A stretch of DNA of 64,000 nt from an uncultured Nitrospirota bacterium (GTDB taxonomy: Bacteria > CG2-30-53-67): assembly GCA_964483105.1 (NCBI GenBank), contig CAYZZU010000006.1, forward strand, positions 16,589 through 80,588. Direction: 5' to 3'. The notes under the pieces were generated by a model, which was not told where the DNA came from, did no database searches, and was given only the letters and a program-made list of their open reading frames with translations. The translations under genes were made by a program, and so were the position numbers. Positions 47,864 through 58,331 of the stretch are shown here, piece by piece (the stretch's first letter is position 1; each line of letters begins with the position of its first letter).

Positions 47864-47979
47864 AAGATCCGTCCTTCTTGCTAAAGTCCATCCTTCCATC
47901 CCGACGAGAGACGCCAGGTGTCTTCCCTCCATTCCCCGGACATTCCGATACTATACCACAGGTTTTTCTTTTTGTGTAT

Positions 47980-49266
47980 TCAGGGGACTGCGGTGTCTGA
48001 GGCCCGATCCAGGACCCGCCTGGGATCCCGGACCAGGAAAATCAGAATCAGGAGGCCGATTGCAGTCAGCCCCGCGGAGAGGGCGAAGGCCGCGGTATAG
48101 GAGAAATGATCCACGATCATGCCCCCGACAATCGGAGAGAGGGCGAACACCGGGGCCGCAAAACTGTTGGAGAGGCCGATATATAGAGGTCTTTCTTCCG
48201 GTGGGCAGAACTCCAGGACAAGATTCATGTTCGAGACCAGTGTACCGCTGATATACCCTCCCGCAAAAATGAAACAAGCATAAAAAAGAGTGACCGTAGG
48301 TGCGAACAGTGCCGTGAGGGATGCCAGAATACTCATGATGGCCGATCCCACCATACTGATCTTGTGGCCTTTTCGGTCTCCGATGAGGCCCCAGAGGATT
48401 CCGGTCGCCCCCTGGGCGGCCATGAAGATCGCGGTAAAAATCCCGGCGTAGCTGCTCGTCAGGTGAAACCGTTCCACCGCGTAGACTGCGTAGAAAGCGA
48501 GGGTCAGATTCGTGAAGGCGATCAACGCGAAGGCGACATTATAGAAAAAGAAATTACGGTCTTGTCGAAGAATGCCCGGCAGGGATCGGAGGAAACGAAG
48601 AAGCTCAATTTTTTTCTTGACCACGGGATAGGGAACCTCCCGGGTCAGAGCGAAAAAGAAGAGAGAAACATTCAGGATGATAAAAGCCGCGGCGAAGCAG
48701 AGAGAGAAGTTGTAAGGGAAAGGGAAAGACCGGATCAAAAAGTAAGAGAAGACCGCCCCCACCACCGCAAAGGCGCGTCCGAGGGTAAAACGCATCCCCA
48801 GAAAGGCTCCCCGCTTTCCGGGAAGAATGATTCTTCCGATCATGTCGAGCCAGGGTGGGATGACCAGTCCCCATCCCAGCGTAAAAATGAGGTAGAGTGC
48901 GAAAAAAAGCCCCACGGAATAGAGGGAAGGAAGATGAGTCATCCAGGGCAGAATCAGGGCCAGGATCAGCCAGGGGAGACGCATGACCACTCCCACAAAA
49001 ACAACGACCCCTTTCTTTAAAGGCATGGACTCGATGTAGTGGGCCGAGAAGATCTGCGGGAGAAAAATCCCGACCATGGTAAAGGTATGGACCAATCCGA
49101 TCGTGAATTTGCTTTCAGTGAGCAGTCTCAGAAAGACCGGGAGTACGGTGATATGTGAAATCAGACTGCCGCCCAGGGCAAAGAAAATCCCGTCCAGCCA
49201 GCCGACGGAGATATTCCAAACGTGGTGGCGTCGAACTGAGTGTTCGAACTGGTCAAGTGGGTTCAT
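47980..49266 (-). CDS. MFS transporter
   Basis: 12 predicted TM helices and MFS-like loop motifs (GMIVDHFSYTA, GDRKGHK). Confidence 0.75.
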   Translation of the reverse strand: MNPLDQFEHSVRRHHVWNISVGWLDGIFFALGGSLISHITVLPVFLRLLTESKFTIGLVHTFTMVGIFLPQIFSAHYIESMPLKKGVVVFVGVVMRLPWLILALILPWMTHLPSLYSVGLFFALYLIFTLGWGLVIPPWLDMIGRIILPGKRGAFLGMRFTLGRAFAVVGAVFSYFLIRSFPFPYNFSLCFAAAFIILNVSLFFFALTREVPYPVVKKKIELLRFLRSLPGILRQDRNFFFYNVAFALIAFTNLTLAFYAVYAVERFHLTSSYAGIFTAIFMAAQGATGILWGLIGDRKGHKISMVGSAIMSILASLTALFAPTVTLFYACFIFAGGYISGTLVSNMNLVLEFCPPEERPLYIGLSNSFAAPVFALSPIVGGMIVDHFSYTAAFALSAGLTAIGLLILIFLVRDPRRVLDRASDTAVP

Positions 49267-49467
49267 GTTGCTTCATGAAAAGTCGGCTTTCTAAGTGATG
49301 CCGCGTTGCGACAGCCGGGTTGAAAGCTCGAATGTCCGGGGCCGGGCCGAAAGGCTAAAGAGTATTCCGCTCTTTCCAGATTGAAACTGGAAATATAGCA
49401 TACCCTTCTTGCCCCACAAAGGTTTTTTTTGGGAATCCTGCCGGGATCTGATACCGTGTCCGCATCT

Positions 49468-49502
49468 CTTGACAGGCCATGAGCATAAAATGTATAGTAC
49501 CG
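49468..49502 (+). promoter_or_regulatory. Sigma70-like promoter (TTGACA - 18 nt - TATAGT) for valS
   Basis: tcttgacaggccatgagcataaaatgtatagtacc about 80 nt upstream of the valS start. Confidence 0.45.
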
Positions 49503-49583
49503 GCCTTGAGTCTCTTCGTGTGGACGGTTTGCGTGTGGGGCGTTTTTGCCCTGTTTTTTTCGGAAAGGAATGGAACGGTGTCT

Positions 49584-52235
49584 ATGAAGGAAGACGATCG
49601 AAGTTTTCCGGCCCTGGAGAAGGTGTACGATCCTCAGGGTACGGAGAAAAAATGGTACGACTTCTGGATGGAGAAGGGGTATTTCCGGGGAGGACTCGAT
49701 CCCGATCGTCCCTTCTTCTCCATTGTGATTCCTCCTCCCAACGTCACCGGATCCCTCCACATGGGACACGCTCTCAATAACACGATGCAGGATATTCTCG
49801 TGCGGTGGAAACGGATGCAGGGGGCCAATACCCTCTGGATGCCGGGGACGGATCATGCCGGGATCGCGACGCAGAATGTGGTGGAACGGGCCCTCGCGTC
49901 GGAAGGGAAGAACCGTCATGATCTCGGTCGGGAGGCCTTTATCGACCGGGTCTGGAAATGGCGGGCGGAGTACGGCGGCGTCATTATCAATCAGTTGAAA
50001 CGGATCGGCGCTTCCTGCGACTGGAGCCGTGAACGATTTACGATGGACGAGGGGCTCTCCCGGGCCGTCCGGGAGGTCTTCGTGCGGCTCTACGAGGAAG
50101 GACTGATCTACCGAGACAACTATATCACCAACTGGTGCCCTCGCTGTCACACGGCCCTCTCGGACGTGGAGGTGGAGCACGAGGAGACAGCGGGCAAGCT
50201 GTACCATATCCGCTATCCGCTCGTTGGACGGGATGGGTATGTCACCGTGGCGACGACCCGGCCGGAGACCCTGCTGGGCGATACGGCCCTGGCTGTGCAT
50301 CCCGAGGACGAACGGTATCAGACCCTGCAGGGTGCGTACGTGCTGCTCCCCGTCCTTGAACGGAAACTGCCGGTGATCGCTGACACCTATGTGGAACGGG
50401 ATTTCGGGACCGGTGTGGTGAAGATTACCCCCGCTCATGATCCGAACGACTTCGAGGTAGGGCTCCGTCACAACCTGGAACAGATCTGTGTGATGGACCG
50501 GGATGCCAGGATGAACGAGAAGGCCGGCAGTTATGCCGGGATGGACCGGAACACCTGCCGGAAGGCACTGGTTCGGGACCTCAGGAAACTCGGGCTCCTG
50601 GAGAAGATTGAAGATCACAACCATGCGGTCGGGCATTGTTACCGCTGCAAGACCGTGGTGGAACCGATGCTTTCGCTGCAATGGTTCGTCCGGATGAAAG
50701 AGCTGGCCGCACCCGCCATCCGTGCGGTGGAGGAGGGACGGGTGCGCTTCATCCCTTCGGGGTGGCAAAACACCTATTTCGAGTGGATGCGGAATATTCG
50801 GGACTGGTGCATCTCCCGGCAGATCTGGTGGGGACACAGAATCCCGGCCTGGTACTGCAAGGACTGCGGTGAAATCACCGTGGATCGGATCGACCCCGTG
50901 CGTTGCGCCCATTGCGGGAGTTCCGGAATCCGCCAGGAGACCGATGTCCTGGACACGTGGTTCTCCTCCGCGCTCTGGCCCTTTTCCACCCTGGGGTGGC
51001 CCGATCGGACGCCGGAACTGAAATATTATTATCCCACATCGGTTCTGATCACCGGGTTTGACATTATCTTTTTCTGGGTGGCCCGGATGACCATGATGGG
51101 CCTCAAGTTCATGGGGGAGGTTCCCTTCCGGGATGTTTATATCCATGCCCTGGTGCGGGACGCCGAAGGGCAGAAAATGTCCAAATCGAAGGGGAATGTG
51201 ATCGATCCCCTGATTATGGTCGACAGGTATGGAACCGACGCCTTCCGCTTTACCCTGACCGCCTTCGCGGCCCAGGGGAGGGATGTCCGGCTTTCGGAAG
51301 AGCGGATTCAGGGCTACCGGAATTTCGCGAACAAGATCTGGAACGCGGCCCGTTTCGCCCTGATGAACCTCGATGGGTATTCCACCGATGCGCCGGCTGC
51401 CGAGCCGGAACTGGCGGATCGCTGGATTGCCAGCCGGTTGAATCGAGCCGTTTCTTTGGTAGAGGAGGCGCTTTCCTCTTATAAATTCAATGAAGCGGCA
51501 TCCACGCTCTACCAGTTTTTTTGGCATGAGTTCTGCGACTGGTACCTCGAGATGATCAAGGAGCGGCTCTACGGGGAGGATTCCGAACGGAGACAGCGGG
51601 CCCGCAAGGAGTTGGTCCGTGTCCTGGACGAAAGTCTCCGACTGCTCCATCCGGTCATGCCTTTTATCACCGAGGAGATCTATCAGCACATTCCAGGACA
51701 CGGAGAGAGTATCATGACGGCGCCCTTTCCCGAGGTGCAGCCGGCGCGGGATGATCCGGAGGCCGAAGAGGAAATGTCACTGGTGATGGACGTCGTGACA
51801 CGGATCCGGAATATCCGTGGAGAGATGAACATTCCGCCGGGCAAGGGACTTCGTCCGCTCATCCGTGCAGGAGACGAGGTTTCGGCCTCGGTCCTCAGGA
51901 AGCAGAGCGGCTATATTCTGTCTCTCACCCGATCCAGGGATCTTCAAATCGGGACCGGTCTGACCCGCCCCCCCTCGTCCGCTACCGCCGTGGGGGACCG
52001 GTTCGAGGTTTTTGTTCCGCTCGAAGGTCTGATCGACTTTGACGAGGAACGAACCCGGCTGATTAAGAGTCTCCAAAAGGTTCAAAAGGAGATTACCGTG
52101 GTTTCGCGCAAACTGGCCAACGAGTCCTTTATCGCCAAGGCGCCGTCCGAGGTGGTGGAAAAGGAAAGGTCCAAGCGGGAAGAGCTCCTGGCCAGAGAGA
52201 AGAAGATCGAAGCCGGGCTCTCCGCGCTTGATTAG
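49584..52235 (+). CDS. valS: Valine--tRNA ligase
   Basis: HMGHALNNTMQDILVRWKRMQG (HIGH region), KMSKS (QKMSKSKGN), editing domain and C-terminal coiled coil. ATG 49584; an in-frame GTG at 49578 is an alternative start. Confidence 0.95.
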   Translation: MKEDDRSFPALEKVYDPQGTEKKWYDFWMEKGYFRGGLDPDRPFFSIVIPPPNVTGSLHMGHALNNTMQDILVRWKRMQGANTLWMPGTDHAGIATQNVVERALASEGKNRHDLGREAFIDRVWKWRAEYGGVIINQLKRIGASCDWSRERFTMDEGLSRAVREVFVRLYEEGLIYRDNYITNWCPRCHTALSDVEVEHEETAGKLYHIRYPLVGRDGYVTVATTRPETLLGDTALAVHPEDERYQTLQGAYVLLPVLERKLPVIADTYVERDFGTGVVKITPAHDPNDFEVGLRHNLEQICVMDRDARMNEKAGSYAGMDRNTCRKALVRDLRKLGLLEKIEDHNHAVGHCYRCKTVVEPMLSLQWFVRMKELAAPAIRAVEEGRVRFIPSGWQNTYFEWMRNIRDWCISRQIWWGHRIPAWYCKDCGEITVDRIDPVRCAHCGSSGIRQETDVLDTWFSSALWPFSTLGWPDRTPELKYYYPTSVLITGFDIIFFWVARMTMMGLKFMGEVPFRDVYIHALVRDAEGQKMSKSKGNVIDPLIMVDRYGTDAFRFTLTAFAAQGRDVRLSEERIQGYRNFANKIWNAARFALMNLDGYSTDAPAAEPELADRWIASRLNRAVSLVEEALSSYKFNEAASTLYQFFWHEFCDWYLEMIKERLYGEDSERRQRARKELVRVLDESLRLLHPVMPFITEEIYQHIPGHGESIMTAPFPEVQPARDDPEAEEEMSLVMDVVTRIRNIRGEMNIPPGKGLRPLIRAGDEVSASVLRKQSGYILSLTRSRDLQIGTGLTRPPSSATAVGDRFEVFVPLEGLIDFDEERTRLIKSLQKVQKEITVVSRKLANESFIAKAPSEVVEKERSKREELLAREKKIEAGLSALD

Positions 52236-52248
52236 TTGAAAGCTTTCT

Positions 52249-53088
52249 ATGGTATTCCCGGACTCAGTGATTCAGAGGATCATTCGGAAGGCGATTGAGG
52301 AAGACGTCGGTGCTGGTGATATAACGACCGAAGCGATCCTTCCTTCCGGAAAGACGGCGACCGCCGAGGTGGTCGCAAAAGAGGATCTGGTCCTGGCGGG
52401 CGCCCGGACGGTCCGTGCGACCTTTCACCATGTTGATCCGTCGCTGGATGTGACGGTTCACTGCCATGATGGAGACAGGGTCGTCAGGGGGAAGGTGATG
52501 GCCACGGTCCGGGGATCCGTGGCTTCTATCCTCAAGGCGGAACGGGTCTGCCTGAATCTTCTGCAACATCTCTGTGGGGTGGCCACGGTGACGGCGGCCT
52601 TCGTGGCGAGGGTATCGGGCCTGCCGGTCCGGATACTGGACACCCGGAAGACCCTTCCTGGATTCCGGGTCCTTGACAAGTACGCGGTCCGGGTCGGAGG
52701 GGGATACAACCATCGTTTTGGACTCTACGACGGGATCCTGATCAAAGACAATCATATCGCCGTGGCCGGCGGGATCATCCCCGCCGTCCGCCGTGTCCGG
52801 GAGCGGTTTTCCGAGCCCGGCCCGATCGTGGTGGAGGTGACGAATCTGGATGAGGTCCGGGAGGCGGTGGTGGTTCAGGCCGATGTCATCATGCTCGATA
52901 ACATGAACCTGGGCGACATGCGGGCCGCCGTGGAATGGATCGGGAAACGAGCGGAGACAGAGGCGTCGGGAAATGTCACGTTGCGGAATGTCCGGGAGGT
53001 GGCGGAAACCGGTGTGGACCGGATTTCGGTCGGTGCCCTGACCCATTCGGTTCAGGCATCGGACATCTCTCTCGTGATCCGGATTTGA
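52249..53088 (+). CDS. nadC: Nicotinate-nucleotide pyrophosphorylase [carboxylating] (quinolinate phosphoribosyltransferase)
   Basis: Typical NadC N-terminal and TIM-barrel blocks (LDTRKTLPGFR, GGGYNHRFGLYDGILIKDNHIA, IMLDNM). Confidence 0.9.
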   Translation: MVFPDSVIQRIIRKAIEEDVGAGDITTEAILPSGKTATAEVVAKEDLVLAGARTVRATFHHVDPSLDVTVHCHDGDRVVRGKVMATVRGSVASILKAERVCLNLLQHLCGVATVTAAFVARVSGLPVRILDTRKTLPGFRVLDKYAVRVGGGYNHRFGLYDGILIKDNHIAVAGGIIPAVRRVRERFSEPGPIVVEVTNLDEVREAVVVQADVIMLDNMNLGDMRAAVEWIGKRAETEASGNVTLRNVREVAETGVDRISVGALTHSVQASDISLVIRI

Positions 53089-53125
53089 TGCCGGTCTTTT
53101 CACCTGTTTTGAGTGTGTCTGGAGA

Positions 53126-53986
53126 ATGAACAGCGAAAACCGGGAAGCGGAAAGGGAGCATCCCGAAGCGGCAGGGTTCTTCACCTCTGATCAGATCCGG
53201 GAAAATCTCCATACCCGAATCATCGGACGCAGCCTGTTCTGCCTGTCCCATGTTGATTCCACAAACCGTCTGGCCCGGGAACTGGCCGCAGAGGGTGCAG
53301 AAGAAGGAACCCTCGTGGTCGCCGATTCCCAGGATCGGGGGAGGGGGAGACTCGGCCGGTCCTGGTTCTCGCCGTCGGGTTGCAATCTTTATCTTTCTCT
53401 TATACTCCGTCCCGCTCTTTCTCCTTCCCGTGTTGCTCAGGTTACCCTCATGACCGCGGTTTCCCTCTGTGAAACCCTGATTCATCAGACCGGCCTTCCG
53501 GTTCGGATCAAATGGCCCAACGATCTGTACATTCGGGGGAAAAAGCTCGGGGGGATTCTGAGCGAGGGCGTACTCCATCGGGACCGGATCCGGTTTCTGG
53601 TGGTCGGGATCGGGATCAATGTCAATCTGAAGGAGGAGGATTTTCGCGGGGAATTAGGCCGTACGGGCACTTCCCTCCTCGTGGAAGGAGGAAGGAGGCT
53701 GGACCGCTCTGATCTGCTGCGATCCGTTCTGGTCTCCCTTGATTCCGATTACGATCGTTTCCGTCGGGAGGGGTTCACTTCTTTCCGGAGGCGTTGGGCG
53801 CAACTCTCGATGACGCTCGGAGAGCGGGTCCGGGTCCGCCTGGCCGATCGGGAGGTGACCGGTACGGCCCTGGGGTTGGGCGGGGAAGGCGGCTTGCGGG
53901 TGCGGGAAAAGGATGGTACCGTGATCAATATAGAGAGCGGGGATGTGATTCAGGCCTGTTCGGGGACCGGCTTGAGTTCTGTCTGA
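53126..53986 (+). CDS. birA: Biotin--[acetyl-CoA-carboxylase] ligase BirA (catalytic and C-terminal domains; no obvious N-terminal HTH)
   Basis: GRGRLGRSWFSPSG (GRGRxGRxW motif), KWPNDLYIRGKKLGGILSE. Confidence 0.85.
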   Translation: MNSENREAEREHPEAAGFFTSDQIRENLHTRIIGRSLFCLSHVDSTNRLARELAAEGAEEGTLVVADSQDRGRGRLGRSWFSPSGCNLYLSLILRPALSPSRVAQVTLMTAVSLCETLIHQTGLPVRIKWPNDLYIRGKKLGGILSEGVLHRDRIRFLVVGIGINVNLKEEDFRGELGRTGTSLLVEGGRRLDRSDLLRSVLVSLDSDYDRFRREGFTSFRRRWAQLSMTLGERVRVRLADREVTGTALGLGGEGGLRVREKDGTVINIESGDVIQACSGTGLSSV

Positions 53987-54017
53987 AGATCGGTTGAGAA
54001 AGAGGAGAGCGCACGGG

Positions 54018-54791
54018 ATGCTTCTTGCCATGGATGTGGGCAATACCCATACGGTTCTGGGACTTTTTTCCGGCAGCCGTCTGGTTCGGGATTGGCGGAT
54101 CCGTACGGTTCGGGACGGCACCGCCGATGAGTACGGGGTCATGGTTGGGAATCTCCTTCGGAATCAGCATCCGGGGGAAGGGGCGGTTGCCGGGATGGTC
54201 ATTGCCAATGTGGTTCCTCCGCTTGATTCCGTACTGAAGGAGATGGCTGCAACCCGTTTCCAGCTTGATCCGCTCTTTATCTCCGCTGAAAGCCTTCCCG
54301 GTGTTACGGTACGCTACCGGGAACCGCGGGATGTCGGGGCGGATCGGGTGGTCAACGCCTTGGCCGCATTGGAGAGATACGCCCCTCCTCTGATCATTGT
54401 GGACTTCGGAACGGCAATCACCTTCGATGTGATCAATGCCGACGGGGACTATGTGGGAGGGGCCATACTTCCCGGGATTGGGATTTCACTTTCGGCGTTG
54501 TTCCGGAATGCCTCCCGGCTTTTGCCGGTGGATCTGATTTGTCCCCCTTCTCCGGTGGGGAAAACAACCGAAGAGAGTATTCAGTCCGGTGTTTTTTATG
54601 GTTACGCGAGTCTTGTCGAGGGGATGGTATCCCGTATCACAGCAGAAGTCGGGCCGGTTTCGGCTGTGATCGCGACGGGCGGATTCGCCCCTCTGATGTC
54701 TGAACGGATCCCGGTGATTACCGAAGTCGACACTCATCTGACGCTCAGGGGGTTACAGATCGCCTATAGCCGGACGAAGAGTAAAGGATGA
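54018..54791 (+). CDS. coaX: Type III pantothenate kinase
   Basis: MLLAMDVGNTHTVLGLF...IIVDFGTAITFDVI...GGAILPGI. Confidence 0.85.
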   Translation: MLLAMDVGNTHTVLGLFSGSRLVRDWRIRTVRDGTADEYGVMVGNLLRNQHPGEGAVAGMVIANVVPPLDSVLKEMAATRFQLDPLFISAESLPGVTVRYREPRDVGADRVVNALAALERYAPPLIIVDFGTAITFDVINADGDYVGGAILPGIGISLSALFRNASRLLPVDLICPPSPVGKTTEESIQSGVFYGYASLVEGMVSRITAEVGPVSAVIATGGFAPLMSERIPVITEVDTHLTLRGLQIAYSRTKSKG

Positions 54792-54840
54792 ATCGATTTT
54801 TCCTGATATTGACTTTCAATGCGTCATAAGAGAGGTGATC

Positions 54841-55281
54841 ATGATGAAACGTAAATTCGTTTTTTTTCTGATGGTTCTCTTTCCGGTTCTCTTGTCCCTG
54901 CCGGAGGGAACCCGGGCGGGTGAAGAGGATCTGCCGGACCTTCGGGTCATCATCCAGGTCAGTGAAGATTCTCCGAAGATCATGAGCATGGCTTTGAATA
55001 ACGCGATGAATCTGGTTAAGGCGGTTGGACAGGATGAAATCGCAATCGAGGTGATCGCCTACGGCCCCGGAGTCCGCTTTCTGATGCAGAGCGATCAGAA
55101 ATTCAGAGACCGGATTTCGAGCATGATGTTTTACGGAATCCGCTTCGTTGCCTGCGGGAACACCTTAAAGACGATGCATCTTCCCCGGAAGGATCTGATC
55201 CAGGGAGTGACGGTTGTTCAGACAGGGGTGCTGGAGATCATCCAGAAACAAAAACAGGGATGGGCCTATGTGCGGCCATGA
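54841..55281 (+). CDS. Secreted small protein, possibly DsrE/DsrF-like family
   Basis: Signal peptide (KRKFVFFLMVLFPVLLSLPEGTRAG), then VIIQVSEDSPKIMSMALNNAMNLV...EVIAYGPGVRFLMQ...FVACGNTLKTM, reminiscent of the DsrE-like fold. Low certainty. Confidence 0.4.
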   Translation: MMKRKFVFFLMVLFPVLLSLPEGTRAGEEDLPDLRVIIQVSEDSPKIMSMALNNAMNLVKAVGQDEIAIEVIAYGPGVRFLMQSDQKFRDRISSMMFYGIRFVACGNTLKTMHLPRKDLIQGVTVVQTGVLEIIQKQKQGWAYVRP

Positions 55282-55482
55282 TGTGGGCGTGTCCGTTGTG
55301 CTGCGTGAAAATACGTTTTCGACAACGGCCTCCAGGTGAAAAGACCCCCGAATCCAGCGATAGAAATGTTCAGATCGTTTTGTTGAGGGAGCTCGTTTTG
55401 AAAAGTGTCCGGATAAACCTTGAAACCAAGAGGGGCTTTTGTTTTGGATTAAACTCCTATCGCTAATTTAAGACCCGGCCCA

Positions 55483-55518
55483 TCTTGACGGAATCCGGAG
55501 TTTATGGTATAAAAAACA
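55483..55518 (+). promoter_or_regulatory. Sigma70-like promoter (TTGACG - 17 nt - TATAAA) upstream of the single-domain REC gene
   Basis: catcttgacggaatccggagtttatggtataaaaaacag. Confidence 0.4.
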
Positions 55519-55555
55519 GTAAACTTCATTCCAGGGAAGTAGGGGGGGCCTGGAG

Positions 55556-55939
55556 ATGCAACCCGACCATGCAACGAAGAAATCAATCCTGGTCGTAGAT
55601 GATGAGGTCCATGTACGTGAAGGATTGTGTGAAATCCTTCAGAATGAAGGATTTCATGTGGAGACGGCCTGTAACGGCAGGGAAGCTCTGACTCTCACGG
55701 TCAATAAGAAGTTTGACCTCCTGATTTCCGACATTAAGATGCCGGAGATGGACGGGCTGCAACTTCTGGATGAAGTGCAAAAGGTCAATCCGGAAATCCG
55801 TGTGATCATGGTGACCGCTTTCGGTGATGTGCAGACCTACCTGAAATCCATGCAACTCGGGGCGCACGAATATATCAATAAACCGATCAAGGTACAGGAA
55901 CTAAAGCGCGTGATCTCCACGATCATGGCCGAGTCCTGA
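55556..55939 (+). CDS. Single-domain response regulator (CheY-like receiver)
   Basis: ILVVDDEVHVREGL...DLLISDIKMPEMDGLQLL...VIMVTAFGD...EYINKPIK. Confidence 0.75.
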   Translation: MQPDHATKKSILVVDDEVHVREGLCEILQNEGFHVETACNGREALTLTVNKKFDLLISDIKMPEMDGLQLLDEVQKVNPEIRVIMVTAFGDVQTYLKSMQLGAHEYINKPIKVQELKRVISTIMAES

Positions 55940-56092
55940 TTCATCTCGAATCCGATCCCGCGGAAAAATCTCTTTCCAATCAAAGCTCCATTCATTTGAT
56001 TTGTTTTTTGTCAAAAAAAACTATTTAAAACTTGACAGTTGGTTTATTCTTTTATACATTAACTTTAAGTTAACCGAGTTAACGTATCAATT

Positions 56093-57811
56093 ATGAAAAG
56101 ATTATATCACTCGGCGCGTCCATACCTCCTCTATTTTTCTCTTTATTTCCTGGTAGTAGGGCTTTGTGCCTCCCCTGTTTTTGCGCGAAACACGGCCGAA
56201 GATCTTTATCAATCCGCAAAAAAGGAATATCATCGTTTTTCCCGGTCCTCCCGGCAGCGGAAGTACCGCGACCGGTGGGAGAGAGTGATCCACAGATTCG
56301 AGGAGATTGCTTCCCGGTATCCTCATTCCCGCCGGGCTGATGACGCCCTCTACAATGCCGCGCGGATTACGCTGAAGCTCAGAAGACGTTCCCGCGCCGC
56401 CCGGGATACGGATGCCGCCCTGAAAATTCTCGCGCGGATCGTTCGGGATTATCCCAAAAGCCGATACGCGGACGACGCCCAATATCTGATCGGAGAGATC
56501 TACCGGAAAATCAGAAACAATCCGGTGGAAGCCTACCGGGCCTATGCCGTGATTCCGAACCGTTTCCCCCACGGGGATATGGTGAAAAAGGCCAGAGCCC
56601 GACTTGCCGGGCTTCCCGCCCCGAAGAAGGTTCGTACCCTCCCGGTTGTGGCCGCCGCACCGGTTTTGCCTCCCCGCTCCGGGAGAAGAGGAATGGCTCA
56701 AATCACGGGAATTCGGCACTGGTCCGGGAGCGACTATGTTCGCGTGGTGATCGACCTGAGCGGACCGGTCCAATTTGAAAAACACCGTCTTTCAAACCCG
56801 GCCAGGATCTATGTCGATCTGAAGGGATCCCGCCTTTCAACCGCCCTTGGAAAGAATCCGATCCCGGTTTCCGGAGGATACCTCAAGGCAATTCGGGCGG
56901 GGCAGTTTGATCAGGACACGGCCCGTGTGGTTCTCGATTTTGAAAAAATCCGGAACGTTTCGATCTTCCCTCTCCAGGGGCCGGACCGGATCGTCATGGA
57001 TGTGGCCGGGGAGGAATCCGTTCTGGAGAGACTGTCCAGGGTCCGTGAAGGAAAGATTCAGGGAGACCGGTATTCTCCTTCCCTGTCCGAGCAACTCGGT
57101 ATGAAGGTTGCCAAGGTAGTGATCGATCCCGGCCACGGCGGCAAGGATCCGGGATGTATCGGTCGAAGCGGGCTGAAGGAGAAGGATATCACGCTGGATA
57201 TCGGGCTCCGCCTGAAAAAGCTGCTGGAAAAAAAGCTCCGTCTGCAGGTGGTCATGACCCGCGACCGGGATGTCTTCGTTCCCCTGGATGAGCGGACCGC
57301 AATCGCCAATCGAGAGAAGGCTGACCTCTTTATTTCCATTCATGTCAATGCCGCGAAGAGCCACAGTGTGCGGGGGGTGGAGACATGGTTCCTGGACTTG
57401 GCCGCGTCGGAGCGGGCCAAGAAGATCGCCGCCCGGGAGAATTCTTCTTCGTCAAAACCGATGAGTGACCTGCAGTCGATCCTGAACGATCTCCTGTTGA
57501 GCAACAAGACGCAGGAGTCCAGCCGTTTAGCCGAGACCTTACAGGAGTTTCTGACTCAGGATTTGAAGGAACGCTACAAGGGAATCCGGAACCTGGGGGT
57601 GAAAGGCGCTCCCTTCGTTGTCCTGGTCGGGGCACGGATGCCGAGCGTCTTGAGTGAAGTCTCCTTCATCAGCAACCCCTCGGAGGAGCGGAGGCTGAAA
57701 CAGGACCGTTATCGTGATTCCATTGCCATGGGACTTTTCCAGGGGGTTTCCGCATTCATGAAATCTCCGGAATACGCATTCACAAAGCCCGGCGCCGGTC
57801 TGAAGGACTGA
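56093..57811 (+). CDS. amiC: N-acetylmuramoyl-L-alanine amidase (AmiC-like: signal peptide, TPR-like region, AMIN domain, Amidase_3)
   Basis: AMIN-like segment (ITGIRHWSGSDYVRVVIDLSGPV...RIYVDLKGS) and catalytic VVIDPGHGGKDPG...ADLFISIHVNA...GVETWFL. Confidence 0.85.
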   Translation: MKRLYHSARPYLLYFSLYFLVVGLCASPVFARNTAEDLYQSAKKEYHRFSRSSRQRKYRDRWERVIHRFEEIASRYPHSRRADDALYNAARITLKLRRRSRAARDTDAALKILARIVRDYPKSRYADDAQYLIGEIYRKIRNNPVEAYRAYAVIPNRFPHGDMVKKARARLAGLPAPKKVRTLPVVAAAPVLPPRSGRRGMAQITGIRHWSGSDYVRVVIDLSGPVQFEKHRLSNPARIYVDLKGSRLSTALGKNPIPVSGGYLKAIRAGQFDQDTARVVLDFEKIRNVSIFPLQGPDRIVMDVAGEESVLERLSRVREGKIQGDRYSPSLSEQLGMKVAKVVIDPGHGGKDPGCIGRSGLKEKDITLDIGLRLKKLLEKKLRLQVVMTRDRDVFVPLDERTAIANREKADLFISIHVNAAKSHSVRGVETWFLDLAASERAKKIAARENSSSSKPMSDLQSILNDLLLSNKTQESSRLAETLQEFLTQDLKERYKGIRNLGVKGAPFVVLVGARMPSVLSEVSFISNPSEERRLKQDRYRDSIAMGLFQGVSAFMKSPEYAFTKPGAGLKD

Positions 57812-57833
57812 TGGGCTCTCAAGGAGAAACAAT

Positions 57834-58289
57834 ATGGCAAACCGCATTGATCTTGGAAAGCAGCTGCTGTTCGAGGGAGTGGAAGCGACTCAGCTTCAAA
57901 AGATTGCCGGCAAATTGTCCGTGATTATCCTGAACAAGGACCATTATCTGTTCCGCGAGGATGAAGAGGCGAAGGGGATATACCTCGTCGATTCCGGAAA
58001 ACTGGAGATCTCAAAGACCACTCCGGATGGTTGGAAACAAAGCATCACGGTTTTCAAGGCAGGTTCTTTCTGCGGGGAGTTGGCCGTGTTGGAAAAGAGA
58101 CGTCATGCGGCGAGCGCGATCGCACTGGAGGACAGCAAGCTCTTTCTGCTTTCAAGAGATGAATTTGAAAGACTGCAGAGTGAAGATACCTCCCTCGCGA
58201 ATGTAATCCTGAGGAAACTCTGCATCATATTGAGCTGCAACCTGAGGTCCATGAACGACCGGCTCCTGAAGACCTTGGTGGGGTATTAG
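57834..58289 (+). CDS. Cyclic nucleotide-binding domain protein
   Basis: cNMP-binding signature FCGELAVLEKRRHAASAIALEDSKLFLLSRDEF. Confidence 0.7.
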   Translation: MANRIDLGKQLLFEGVEATQLQKIAGKLSVIILNKDHYLFREDEEAKGIYLVDSGKLEISKTTPDGWKQSITVFKAGSFCGELAVLEKRRHAASAIALEDSKLFLLSRDEFERLQSEDTSLANVILRKLCIILSCNLRSMNDRLLKTLVGY

Positions 58290-58331
58290 GAGACCGGGAA
58301 CAGGACGGACGCTGAGCGATGTGACCTTCCA

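Noticed and set aside
49267-49583. T-box riboswitch or attenuator in the ~310-nt region upstream of valS
   Set aside because: No T-box consensus (…GGGTGGNACCGCG) is present. The only hairpin plus T-run (GGGCGTTTTTGCCC TGTTTTTTT at about 49540) has a 4-bp stem, too weak to call
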